Below are positions 26,324 to 35,097 of a DNA stretch of 64,000 nt, piece after piece (position 1 is the first letter of the stretch; every line of letters begins with the position of its first letter). The stretch lies in IMG/VR virus record IMGVR_UViG_2868108522_000001, positions 22,546 through 86,545 of that record, one strand, 5' to 3'. The notes beneath the pieces were generated by a model. The model made no database searches. It was not told the origin of the DNA and was given only the letters and a program-made list of their open reading frames with translations. A program made the position numbers and the translations under genes. This DNA is from a virus. Its lineage: Duplodnaviria; Caudoviricetes.

Positions 26324-27189
26324 CTGGCGCGTCGGGCTTCGTCGGCCGCCACCTCCACCGCGCGTTGGCCGATCGTGGCGACGACGTGTTCGCCCTCGAC
26401 CTGCGGCCCACACCCGGCGTGGAAGTCGGTGACGCCCTCGACTTCTTCCGCCACGACGACACCCGCATGGATCTCGCCATCCACTGTGCGGCGATCGTCG
26501 GCGGTCGGGCCAGCATCGACGGCTCCCCGCTCGGCGTCGCCACCAACCTCGCCCTGGACTCCTGGTACATGCGGTGGCTGGTCTGCACCCGCACCCCGCG
26601 AGCCGTCTACTTCTCCAGCAGCGCCGCCTACCCGGTGGAGCTTCAGCAGCCCGGCGACGTGCGGAAGCTGTACGAAGAGGACATCGACCTCGACCAGCCC
26701 GAGCAGCCCGACGCCACGTATGGCTGGGCGAAGCTGACCGGGGAGAAGCTCGCCCGGTACGCGGAGGCGGAGGGCTGCCGGATCCTCGTCCCCCGCCCTT
26801 TCTCCGGGTACGGCGAGGACCAGGACGAGGCGTACCCGTTCCCGGCGTTCACCCGGCGAGCCCGCGAGCACCAAGACCCGTTCGAAATCTGGGGGTCCGG
26901 CGACTCCACCCGCGACTGGATCCACATCGACGACCTCGTCGGCGCCACCCTCGCACTCCTCGACGCCGAGGTGACCGGACCGGTGAATCTCGGCTGGGGC
27001 AGGGCCACCTCGTTCAACGACCTCGCCCGGATCATGTGCGCCGCAGCTGGCTACCAGCCGACGCTGAAGCACCGGCACGACGCCCCGCAAGGCGTCCACC
27101 ACCGAGTGTGCGACCCCAGCCGGATGCTCGACCACTACATGCCCACTGTGACGCTGGAAGAAGGCGTGCGGCGGGCCGTCAATGTCTGA
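26308..27189 (+). CDS. NAD-dependent NDP-sugar epimerase/dehydratase (extended SDR)
   Basis: TGASGFVG Rossmann motif, SSSAAY, YGWAK catalytic YxxxK, RDWIHIDD. Confidence 0.93.
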   Translation: MRVLLTGASGFVGRHLHRALADRGDDVFALDLRPTPGVEVGDALDFFRHDDTRMDLAIHCAAIVGGRASIDGSPLGVATNLALDSWYMRWLVCTRTPRAVYFSSSAAYPVELQQPGDVRKLYEEDIDLDQPEQPDATYGWAKLTGEKLARYAEAEGCRILVPRPFSGYGEDQDEAYPFPAFTRRAREHQDPFEIWGSGDSTRDWIHIDDLVGATLALLDAEVTGPVNLGWGRATSFNDLARIMCAAAGYQPTLKHRHDAPQGVHHRVCDPSRMLDHYMPTVTLEEGVRRAVNV

Positions 27190-27210
27190 CCCCACGGAAG
27201 GCCCGCGCCC

Positions 27211-27489
27211 ATGGCTTCCCCTGTCCCTGACCTGCCCTTGTGGGCATGGAATCTGATCATCGCCATGCAGCAGCACGAAGAGCTGCACGGACGTGAGGAC
27301 ACCTGCCTGAAAGGCGTCCTCCATGCCGTCCCGCCCGAAGTCCTTCAGCAGGCCGAAGCGATCAGCGGCTACGTGAAGAAGGCCAGCGGCCAACAGATCG
27401 CCGACAACGCCATGGAGAAGTGGGGCGGCATTATGGACGCCTTCTTCGGGGCACAGAAGGCCGAGGCCGGGCCGGAGGCCGCGTCGTGA
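27211..27489 (+). CDS. Hypothetical protein
   Basis: GGAAGG RBS. Confidence 0.6.
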   Translation: MASPVPDLPLWAWNLIIAMQQHEELHGREDTCLKGVLHAVPPEVLQQAEAISGYVKKASGQQIADNAMEKWGGIMDAFFGAQKAEAGPEAAS

Positions 27490-27836
27490 CTGAGTCTGTT
27501 GCCATGCCGAACCCGTGCGAGCACGCATGGGAGTACAACAAGCCCGCCCACGCCAGCGCCTCCGTCCGCATCTGCTCCCTCTGCCACCAGATAGACGGCG
27601 AAGAACTGATGCGCACCCTCAACGAGTACGCGACCGCGTTCAAGCAGAAGCCGACGACCCTCGTCTACGCCTGGTCCGACGGCCGCACGTACAGCGTCAT
27701 CGACCAGCCCGGCGGCATCCCCGACAGCGCACGCGAACGCGCCCTCCTACGCGGACTGCTCGGCCACGCCCTGTCGCAGCTCGATCAGTACGAGATCACC
27801 GGACCGCTCGGCATTGCCACCCAGGAGGCGACGTGA
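27486..27836 (+). CDS. Hypothetical protein
   Basis: GTGA coupling. Confidence 0.6.
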   Translation: MTESVAMPNPCEHAWEYNKPAHASASVRICSLCHQIDGEELMRTLNEYATAFKQKPTTLVYAWSDGRTYSVIDQPGGIPDSARERALLRGLLGHALSQLDQYEITGPLGIATQEAT

Positions 27837-28072
27837 GTACGACTGCCGACAGCACCCGCCTCATCAAGACCGTTTGGCGCGGGGAGAAGCCGTGGCACTG
27901 GAAGGCCCTCAAGACCGGGCACGTCCAGCCGTTCGGCTACCGCACCTACTGGCGCAGCCGCTGGCTGTGGCAGATCCACTTCACGCCGGTCCACATCGCC
28001 CGCGACAACAGCCAGTGGGAGATCGGCCTCTGCCTCGGCAAGCGGACGATCTTCCTGCTCTCACACTCCTAG
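27833..28072 (+). CDS. Trp-rich hypothetical protein
   Basis: GTGA coupling, AGGAGG RBS. Confidence 0.55.
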   Translation: MSTTADSTRLIKTVWRGEKPWHWKALKTGHVQPFGYRTYWRSRWLWQIHFTPVHIARDNSQWEIGLCLGKRTIFLLSHS

Positions 28073-28094
28073 CCCACAACCTGGAGTCGGCACC

Positions 28095-28307
28095 ATGCAG
28101 GAAGATCTGAGCCTCTGCGGCTGGGGCGACTGCCAGGAGACGGCCACGACCGCACTCCGCTTCCGCGATCAGCCCGGCCACATCCACAACTGCGACCCGC
28201 ATGCTGCACTCAACCGAGAATGGTCCGACGTGATCGAGTCCGCGCCCATGCCGAACTGCCCGTTCGTGCACGGCGAGATGTGGATCGACATGCCCCGCGA
28301 CCTCTGA
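28095..28307 (+). CDS. Hypothetical protein
   Basis: GGAG RBS. Confidence 0.55.
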   Translation: MQEDLSLCGWGDCQETATTALRFRDQPGHIHNCDPHAALNREWSDVIESAPMPNCPFVHGEMWIDMPRDL

Positions 28308-28325
28308 CCACCCGGAGCCCGCGCC

Positions 28326-28763
28326 ATGGATCTCCACGCCTGGATCACCCAGCAAGTCGACGAGGTCGAGCGACTGATCGAAGAGAACGAGTTCTCGCCC
28401 AGCCAGACGGAAGGCGTCCGCCTCCGCTGCGAAGCCGACCGGCGCATCCTCAACCGGCACCGGCTCGATCCGACAGCCGCCAACAGCTCGTTCGAAGCCG
28501 CATGCGAAGGCTGCGGGCACGAGTGGCTGTGGGACGATCCCGTGCCGTTCGTCGACAACATCAACGACTGCCCCGAGCTGCTGGACCTCGCGCACGCGCA
28601 CGGCATCACGCCCGAGATCCTCGCCAGCCTCGACCGGCCGCAGATCCCTAAGCCGCCGCCGCGCAGCGAGCGCCGCCTCGGCCTCGGCGACATCCTCGCC
28701 ACCCCACCCGTCACCACCAGCCAGGTGCCCGCCGCACTACGCGGACCCCGCTGGAAACCCTGA
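28326..28763 (+). CDS. Hypothetical phage protein (DUF6221-related)
   Basis: RCEADRRIL..H...CEGC...CPELLDLA pattern. Confidence 0.65.
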   Translation: MDLHAWITQQVDEVERLIEENEFSPSQTEGVRLRCEADRRILNRHRLDPTAANSSFEAACEGCGHEWLWDDPVPFVDNINDCPELLDLAHAHGITPEILASLDRPQIPKPPPRSERRLGLGDILATPPVTTSQVPAALRGPRWKP

Positions 28764-28950
28764 CCACCACAGGAGCCCGCGCCATGGCCCATGACGACAA
28801 GAAGGCCACAAGCATCCCGGTCTGCGACCGATGGCTGCACGAAGTCTGGTGGCGAATCGCCCGCTGGCCGGAGAGCGATCGGGCCGCTGGCCGAGTCGCG
28901 CTCGCCGAGTACCACACTCATCGTTCCGCACCCAAGGCGGTGACCGGCTG

Positions 28951-29622
28951 ATGGCCCGCCTGCAGATCCTCGAACTCCCCGAAGGCAGCGGCGACGACCG
29001 GCCGCCCTTCGTGCTCGTCGTCGACCAGGTGCCCGCCAACGGGGACGGATTCGAAGCCCTCCGACGCGACCTGATGGACGACTACCTCGCCGCGCGCACC
29101 GGCGCCCGCGCCGTCCTCGTCTTCGAAGACACCATCGACATCCCCGCCAACGACACCAGCGCCTACCTCCGCGAAGCGGAAGCGACGTGGACCCCGGTCG
29201 ACGAGATGGAAGTACTCCGTCAGCAGGCCAGGCACAGCGAAGAAGCCGAAGCCATCCGGAAGCGCGTCTCCAAGGAACAGAAGGCCGCCCTCACCGACGC
29301 CCTCGGCATGGACGGGATCCGCGACTGGGACGACATCCTCAACGCCGCACGCGGACTCCGCACGCAGCGCGACGCGCAGGCCGAGGCTATCGAGCGTGTC
29401 CGCAACCTGCACCGGCCCGTCGAACACAGAGGGCAGACCATCTGCTGGGAATGCTCCGACTACGACTTCCCCGGCCAGACCACCGACAGCCCGCCCGTCG
29501 CCCACGACCAGTGCGCCACCCTCCGCGCACTCAACGGGCCGTCCAAGTGGTGCTGCGGCCCTGCCTCCGACACCAACGGCATCACGCACCTCGCCGAGTG
29601 CCGAGGCAGACGCGATGCCTGA
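28951..29622 (+). CDS. Hypothetical phage protein
   Basis: High GC3; MARLQILELPEG start. Confidence 0.7.
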   Translation: MARLQILELPEGSGDDRPPFVLVVDQVPANGDGFEALRRDLMDDYLAARTGARAVLVFEDTIDIPANDTSAYLREAEATWTPVDEMEVLRQQARHSEEAEAIRKRVSKEQKAALTDALGMDGIRDWDDILNAARGLRTQRDAQAEAIERVRNLHRPVEHRGQTICWECSDYDFPGQTTDSPPVAHDQCATLRALNGPSKWCCGPASDTNGITHLAECRGRRDA

Positions 29623-29818
29623 CGTGACGGTGAAGCTGTCCGACGGCATCCGCGACATCACCGTCGAGATCACAGGCGCAGACGAAGCACTCCGCCGCGC
29701 CGAAGAAACCGCCATCCGGTTGTACGACGTTGCCATCGCAGGCAGCCCCACCGACAGGCGCGCCGGCTTCGCAGGCTGGTCACCCAGCAGCACAACCGAA
29801 CGCAGCCCCGAGGAGTAG
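29615..29818 (+). CDS. Hypothetical protein
   Basis: Overlapping operon gene. Confidence 0.55.
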   Translation: MPDVTVKLSDGIRDITVEITGADEALRRAEETAIRLYDVAIAGSPTDRRAGFAGWSPSSTTERSPEE

Positions 29819-29820
29819 AC

Positions 29821-30180
29821 GTGGTTCCCGCATCCGTCATGGAGCGCCTCAAGACAGAAGGACGCGCCATAACCATCTACCCCGTCGGGCTCCTCGCCGA
29901 CCTGTCCCGCTTCGTTCACGAAGCAGATAGGGTCGCCGCCCGCCGACACCTCCGCGCATCACTGCATCGCGAGTGGGAGCGGATCAAGGCCCGCAAGTGG
30001 CGCGAGGCGAAGAACTACCTGAACGGCTACCTCGCTGAACACGACACGCTCGGCACCCGATGCGGCACCGGCTGGACGCGAGGGCGTGCACTGCGAGACC
30101 TGGCCCGGCATCTCATCGAGCTCGAATCACTCAAGGAGATCGAGCGGGTCTTCTCCGAGCTGCGCGCGAGTGGACCGTGA
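29821..30180 (+). CDS. Hypothetical protein
   Basis: GAGGAG RBS. Confidence 0.55.
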   Translation: MVPASVMERLKTEGRAITIYPVGLLADLSRFVHEADRVAARRHLRASLHREWERIKARKWREAKNYLNGYLAEHDTLGTRCGTGWTRGRALRDLARHLIELESLKEIERVFSELRASGP

Positions 30181-30470
30181 GCGGCGGCTGGCAGGGTAGC
30201 GACCGCAAGAGCCGACTACCGTCGAACTGGGCGACGATCCGCCGCAAGGTGCTCGACCGCGACCCGATCTGCAAGCTGTGCGGCGTGAGGCCGTCCACCC
30301 ACTGCGACCACATCGAAGCCAAGACCGACGCCCACGCCGAAGACCGACTCCAAGGGGTCTGCGAACCCTGCCACCTGCAGAAGTCCAGCCGCGAAGGCCT
30401 CGCCGCGCAGCGCGCCAACCCGCGGCCCGGACGGACGAGGCCACAGGAACCGCACCCAGGGCTGAGGTGA
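30177..30470 (+). CDS. Terminase-associated HNH endonuclease (HK97 gp74-like)
   Basis: W.TIRRKVLDRDPICKLC...DHI...LQGVCEPCH.QKS; lies upstream of the candidate cos and terminase. Confidence 0.85.
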   Translation: MSGGWQGSDRKSRLPSNWATIRRKVLDRDPICKLCGVRPSTHCDHIEAKTDAHAEDRLQGVCEPCHLQKSSREGLAAQRANPRPGRTRPQEPHPGLR

Positions 30471-30474
30471 CACC

Positions 30475-30672
30475 ATGCCCCGCTGGCTCATCCAATTCCC
30501 CGGAGCCCAAGGCCGCGACGACTTCCGCATCGACGACGACCTCGCCCTCACCTTCAGCGGAGACTGGGCCATCTTCACCGACCAGCACGGCCCCAACTAC
30601 GCACTCCCCGCAGGCCTTGGCGTCATCATCGAACGGGTAGACGAAGACCAGCCCGCGCCGCAGAAGGAGTGA
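30475..30672 (+). CDS. Hypothetical protein
   Basis: GAGG RBS. Confidence 0.6.
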   Translation: MPRWLIQFPGAQGRDDFRIDDDLALTFSGDWAIFTDQHGPNYALPAGLGVIIERVDEDQPAPQKE

Positions 30673-30678
30673 TGACCT

Positions 30679-30915
30679 GTGGCATCCAAGGGACGCGGCC
30701 GGCGAGGCAACGCGGAGACCTTCCGCCGGTACTGGGGCCCGTCGGGCAAGGGCGGCGCACGCATCCGCTGGAATACCCCCGGGGACTGGACAAGGTGCAA
30801 CAGGCTCCTCAGCCGCTACATGGCCGGCCGAGCCCGCGGCTACTGCCAGCTTCTCCACCGGAGGTACACCGGCAGCTACACCGGCAGTCGGGCCAACATC
30901 GGCCGACGACGGTGA
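30679..30915 (+). CDS. Small basic phage protein
   Basis: RRYW...ARIRWNTPGDWTRC...GYCQLLH...TG; AAGGAG RBS. Confidence 0.7.
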   Translation: MASKGRGRRGNAETFRRYWGPSGKGGARIRWNTPGDWTRCNRLLSRYMAGRARGYCQLLHRRYTGSYTGSRANIGRRR

Positions 30916-31015
30916 GGAACCAGCCGACTGTCAGCGGGCGTTGAGACAATAGAACCCCGGCGAGTGCTACCAACACTCCCGGGGCCACGGCCAGCCCTGA
31001 CACGACAGGACCAGC

Positions 31016-31762
31016 ATGCCCAACGCTACACGCCCCACCACCATCACCTGCGCACGCTGCGGCGCGGAGAAGACTGTCGGACGCACCGGCCCGATACCCA
31101 CCTACTGCTCCGCCTCATGCCGGGCCCGCGTCAAAGACGAGAGAGCTCGCGCAGACGGGCGGTACGAAGCAGAGCGGACCGCCGCCCGAGAAAAGACTCG
31201 GCAACAGCGGGAAGTCAACGCACGTCCGTGCCCTTACTGCACCGCGCCCATGGTCAACCCCCAGCGCAAACAGTGCGGCAGGCCCGAATGCAAGCGGGCC
31301 TTCAACGCCGAACGAATGCGAGATTGGAACCGGCAGTACAAGGCTGAGCATGGGCAGTGGTACACCAGGCACCGGCACGGAGAGGCGCAGCGGGTGTACA
31401 TGCGGCGGCGCCGCCAGGAGATCGGGCACTGGAGGCTGCTCTATCCAGCAGCGGCTGCAGCAGCCGACGCACGCAGGCGAGCACTCGTGCAGCAGGCGCG
31501 AACCGACGAGGTGTTCGCACCGCTCGACATCCACGTGCGGGACGGCTGGACCTGCCAGCTGTGCCACGAGCCCATCGACCGAGCCATCGCATGGCCGCAC
31601 CCCAAGAGCCCGAGCATCGACCACATCGTCCCTCTGTCCCGAGGCGGAGCACACGCACTGAGCAACGTCCAGAGCGCCCACCTCGGATGCAACAGCAGCA
31701 AGCGCGACAGGGACATGGAGGCCGCGGTCACCCTCCTCACCCGCCTCGCCGGCCAGGCGTAG
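31016..31762 (+). CDS. HNH endonuclease with N-terminal Zn-finger repeats (homing type)
   Basis: YCSASC and CGRPEC fingers; RDGWTCQLC...DHIVPLSRGG.H..SNVQSAH..CN. Confidence 0.9.
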   Translation: MPNATRPTTITCARCGAEKTVGRTGPIPTYCSASCRARVKDERARADGRYEAERTAAREKTRQQREVNARPCPYCTAPMVNPQRKQCGRPECKRAFNAERMRDWNRQYKAEHGQWYTRHRHGEAQRVYMRRRRQEIGHWRLLYPAAAAAADARRRALVQQARTDEVFAPLDIHVRDGWTCQLCHEPIDRAIAWPHPKSPSIDHIVPLSRGGAHALSNVQSAHLGCNSSKRDRDMEAAVTLLTRLAGQA

Positions 31763-31959
31763 GGCAGTCCACCAGGCTGGCCGCCGGGGCAGGGCAGGCA
31801 TGCATGGCGTGAGGCGCGGCGACGTGGTCACCGTGATCATGGTGCAGCGAGCACAGGTGATCGCTCATGTGAGCCGAACGCTGCACGCCTGAGCCACACG
31901 CGCAAGTCAGGCCTATCGGATCGAAACGGACATAGGGTGCGATGGTGTCGTCACTCCAG

Positions 31960-32065
31960 GTCAGAGGGTCGGGCGGCGCGAACCGGACATAGGGGGCGTA
32001 CCCCCCACCCGTCGTGATCGACAGATCGGCCTCGTATAGCACCTGACATCCCGCCCGGGTTTCCA
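31960..32065. other. Candidate cos/packaging site
   Basis: Non-coding gap between HNH and terminase genes; GGGGG-CGTA-CCCCCC inverted element, CGGCCTCGTA (32027-32036) resembling actinophage 3' cohesive ends, repeated CGGACATAGGG; top strand shifts from C-rich to G-rich here. Confidence 0.55.
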
Positions 32066-32189
32066 AGGTCGCTGACCTGCGGTGATGCGAGCCGACCTGT
32101 CGTCAGGCTGCTCCGCGCACACGTCACGGCATGGTAACGGTGCAGGTGGAAGCCCTGTAGCCGTGACACGGGGCGGCTAGACTGGGGTC

Positions 32190-32831
32190 ATGACCTCGAC
32201 CCCCGCCCCCCGCCGCACCCGGTGTGAGCAGTGCACCGGCCCGCTGCCGTTGATGGCGCGGGCGGATGCCCTGTACTGCGGTGCGACCTGCCGGAAGCGC
32301 GCGAGCAGGGCGCGGATCGCGGTCGAGCAGGAGCGGGTGGCCGGCGAGCAGGCCTCGCGTATCCCGTCCGAGTTGACGGCGCGTCCGCGGTGGGTTCGGT
32401 ACTCGTGGCGGAAGGTGCCGTTGCGGGTCGACGGCCGGTTCGCCTCGGTGGATGACCCGTCGTCCTGGTCGGACTTCCCGACTGTGGCGAAGGCGTCGGC
32501 TGGTGAGGGCGTCGGCTTCGTCCTGACGGCCAGTGACGGGATCGTGGTTGTCGACCTGGACCACGCGGTCGAGAACGGTCGAGTGCTGCCGTGGGCGCAG
32601 GCGATCGTCGACCAGTTGCCGCCGACGTACATGGAGCGCGGCCGGTCCGGTACCGGCCTGCATCTGTGGTTCCGCGGGTCGGTGCCGGCCGGGCGCCGGG
32701 TTCGCCGCGGAGAGGTCGCGATCGAGGTGTACTCCGACCGCCGCTACATGATCGTGGGTGACCGGGTTTCGGGTACGCCCCTCAGTCTTGCCGAGCTGCC
32801 TGACGCGGCCGGTTTGATCGCTTCGCTCTGA
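32190..32831 (+). CDS. Zn-finger plus AEP primase-polymerase (NrS-1-like) domain protein
   Basis: CEQC...YCGATC finger; RW..W..KVP, DPSSW, GVGFV, DLDH (motif I), SGTGLH (motif II), IEVY; leaderless after TAGACT. Confidence 0.85.
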   Translation: MTSTPAPRRTRCEQCTGPLPLMARADALYCGATCRKRASRARIAVEQERVAGEQASRIPSELTARPRWVRYSWRKVPLRVDGRFASVDDPSSWSDFPTVAKASAGEGVGFVLTASDGIVVVDLDHAVENGRVLPWAQAIVDQLPPTYMERGRSGTGLHLWFRGSVPAGRRVRRGEVAIEVYSDRRYMIVGDRVSGTPLSLAELPDAAGLIASL

Positions 32832-32912
32832 CGCCCCGGCGGCGTCCTGCGGGCGTCGTTGTTTCCAGCCCTCTGTGCGCCCTGGTGGCGTGCTCTGACC
32901 CTGGAGGTCGTC

Positions 32913-33353
32913 ATGGGCGCTCGTGGACCTATCGGTAAGCGCTCCGAGGAGCGCATGGGCCATCGCTCAAAGGAAGAGATCGACTCAATCACGAAGGCGC
33001 CGTCGGGGCCACCGACGGACCTACCGGACCTGCCGGGCGCGGACCCGTTGTGGCATCCCATCGCCTCGGACTGGTACCTCAGCCTGAGGGAGTCGGGGCA
33101 GGCGGCGTTCTATCAGCCGTCGGACTGGGCTGTCGCCCGCTACGCCGCGGACCTGATGTCGAAGGTGCTGCTGTCGGAGCGTGGTCCGAACGGCCAGCTG
33201 GTCGCGGCCCTGAACTCGGTGATGTCGTCGCTGTTGACGACGGAGGGGGACCGGCGTCGGGCCCGTATGGAGCTGGAGCGGAAGAAGCCCTCCAGTCAGG
33301 CCGATGCCGATGTGACGGTGCTCGATGACTACCGCTCCGCCTTCGGGGGTTGA
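32913..33353 (+). CDS. Terminase small subunit
   Basis: MGARGPIGKRSEER...WHPIA..W..L..SGQ..FY.PSDW...TEGDRRR. Confidence 0.88.
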   Translation: MGARGPIGKRSEERMGHRSKEEIDSITKAPSGPPTDLPDLPGADPLWHPIASDWYLSLRESGQAAFYQPSDWAVARYAADLMSKVLLSERGPNGQLVAALNSVMSSLLTTEGDRRRARMELERKKPSSQADADVTVLDDYRSAFGG

Positions 33354-35097
33354 GCAGGCGGCCGAGGAAGTCCCTGACGAGATCACCCCCGTCGTCATCG
33401 GGCCCACATGGACGCGCGGCGAGGACGGGTTGTTCGTCAAGCCGGCTTTCACGCTCGGCTGGCACGTTCTGCTGTGGACGGGCAAGAACCTGCAGCATCG
33501 CGGAATGCGGTGGCGGTACACCAGCGAGCAGGTTCGGCTGATCCTTTGGTGGTTCGCCCTGGACCCGGTGACGGGCGAGTTCGCGTACCGGGATGCGGTT
33601 CTCCAGCGCCTGAAGGGCTGGGGCAAGGACCCGTTCGGGGCGACATTGTGTGCCGTCGAGTTCGTCGGCCCCTCCCGCTGGACTGGCCGTATCGCGGGGC
33701 CGAGGGATGAGAGCGGGGTGCCCGAGGGGCAGCCGGTCGGTGAACCTCATCCAGAGCCCTGGGTGCAGGTCGCGGCTGTCTCAAAGGACCAGACCCGCAA
33801 CACGATGATCATATTCGGGTCGCTTTTCACTCCGAAAGCCCGAGCCGAGTACAGCATCGACGTCGGCAAAGAGATCGTCTACGCCCACAAAGGAGACGCA
33901 CGAATCGAAGCGGTGACCTCGTCGCCGCGCGCTCTCGAAGGTGGCCGGACGACGTTCACGCTCCTCAACGAGACGCACCACTGGATCGAGTCGAACCAGG
34001 GCCACGAGATGGCGGCGACGATCGAGCGGAACGCCACCAAGTCGGCGGACGGCTCCGCTCGCACCTTCGCGATTACCAACGCCTTCGAGCCCGGCGAGGA
34101 TTCGGTTGCCGAGCAGACCCGTGACGCCTACGAGGCGGCGGAGGCCGGCCGTGCGGAGGACACGGGGATCCTGTACGACTCGCTGGAGGCGCCGCCTGAA
34201 GCCAAGCTGACGAAGCCGTGGCTGGAGAAGGTGCTCCTGGCAGTCCGCGGCGACTCGACCTGGCTGAACATCCCTCGACTGATCAAGTCGATTCTGGACC
34301 CGCGGAATCCTCCGTCTCGGTCGCGGCGGTTTTGGTACAACCAGATCGTCGCGGCTGAGGATGCGTGGATGGCCCGCTATGAGTGGGATGCCTGCAAGCG
34401 TGATGGCCTTCAGCTCGAGGACGGCGACGAGATCGTGCTGTTCTTCGACGGCTCCAAGAGCGATGACGCGACCGGTCTGTGCGCCTGCCGCATGTCGGAC
34501 GGCTTCGTGACCGCACTAGGCGTCTGGCAGAGGCCGGCGAACTGGCCGTCCCCGAACACGCCGGGCTTCGTGCCGTATCGGGTGCCTCGGGAAGAGGTGC
34601 ACGGTGTGGTGGAGAACGCGTTCGCCCGGTTCCGGGTGTTGGCGTTCTTCGCTGACCCGGGCTCCGGGCAGGACGACGATGACGGCGAGATGTACTGGGA
34701 CGCCTTCATCGACCTGTGGGGTCAGACGTGGGGTCGGAAGCTGGCTTTGCGGTCGGTGGTGTCGGGTCCGAAGGCGCACGCGGTGCGTTGGGACATGCGT
34801 GACCCGAGGAATCAGGAGACGTTCACGGAGGCCGTGAAGCGCACGCACGCCGATGTGCTGGAGCGGACGCTGACGCATGACGGGCACAAGACGCTCCGCA
34901 CACACGTCATCAACGCTCGTCGTCGGACGAACCGGTGGGGTGTGACGATCGGCAAGGAGCACCGTGAATCTGCCCGGAAGATCGACCTTGCGGTGTGCAT
35001 GGTCGGGGCGCGGATGCTGCGCCGGATGATCCTCAACTCGCCGAAGCGCGCCAAGAAGAAGTCGCCAGGCCGGGGGAGGGTGGTGGTGCTGCGATGA
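33325..35097 (+). CDS. Terminase large subunit
   Basis: RLKGWGKD Walker A, LLNETH Walker B variant, FDGSKSDD nuclease, KIDLAV. Confidence 0.95.
   Translation: MTTAPPSGVEQAAEEVPDEITPVVIGPTWTRGEDGLFVKPAFTLGWHVLLWTGKNLQHRGMRWRYTSEQVRLILWWFALDPVTGEFAYRDAVLQRLKGWGKDPFGATLCAVEFVGPSRWTGRIAGPRDESGVPEGQPVGEPHPEPWVQVAAVSKDQTRNTMIIFGSLFTPKARAEYSIDVGKEIVYAHKGDARIEAVTSSPRALEGGRTTFTLLNETHHWIESNQGHEMAATIERNATKSADGSARTFAITNAFEPGEDSVAEQTRDAYEAAEAGRAEDTGILYDSLEAPPEAKLTKPWLEKVLLAVRGDSTWLNIPRLIKSILDPRNPPSRSRRFWYNQIVAAEDAWMARYEWDACKRDGLQLEDGDEIVLFFDGSKSDDATGLCACRMSDGFVTALGVWQRPANWPSPNTPGFVPYRVPREEVHGVVENAFARFRVLAFFADPGSGQDDDDGEMYWDAFIDLWGQTWGRKLALRSVVSGPKAHAVRWDMRDPRNQETFTEAVKRTHADVLERTLTHDGHKTLRTHVINARRRTNRWGVTIGKEHRESARKIDLAVCMVGARMLRRMILNSPKRAKKKSPGRGRVVVLR

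Noticed and set aside
24184-27189. GT/methyltransferase/epimerase cluster as a DNA hypermodification system
   Set aside because: No base hydroxylase, thymidylate synthase homolog or nucleotide kinase nearby; late-operon location and Ser-ending virion proteins favour protein glycosylation
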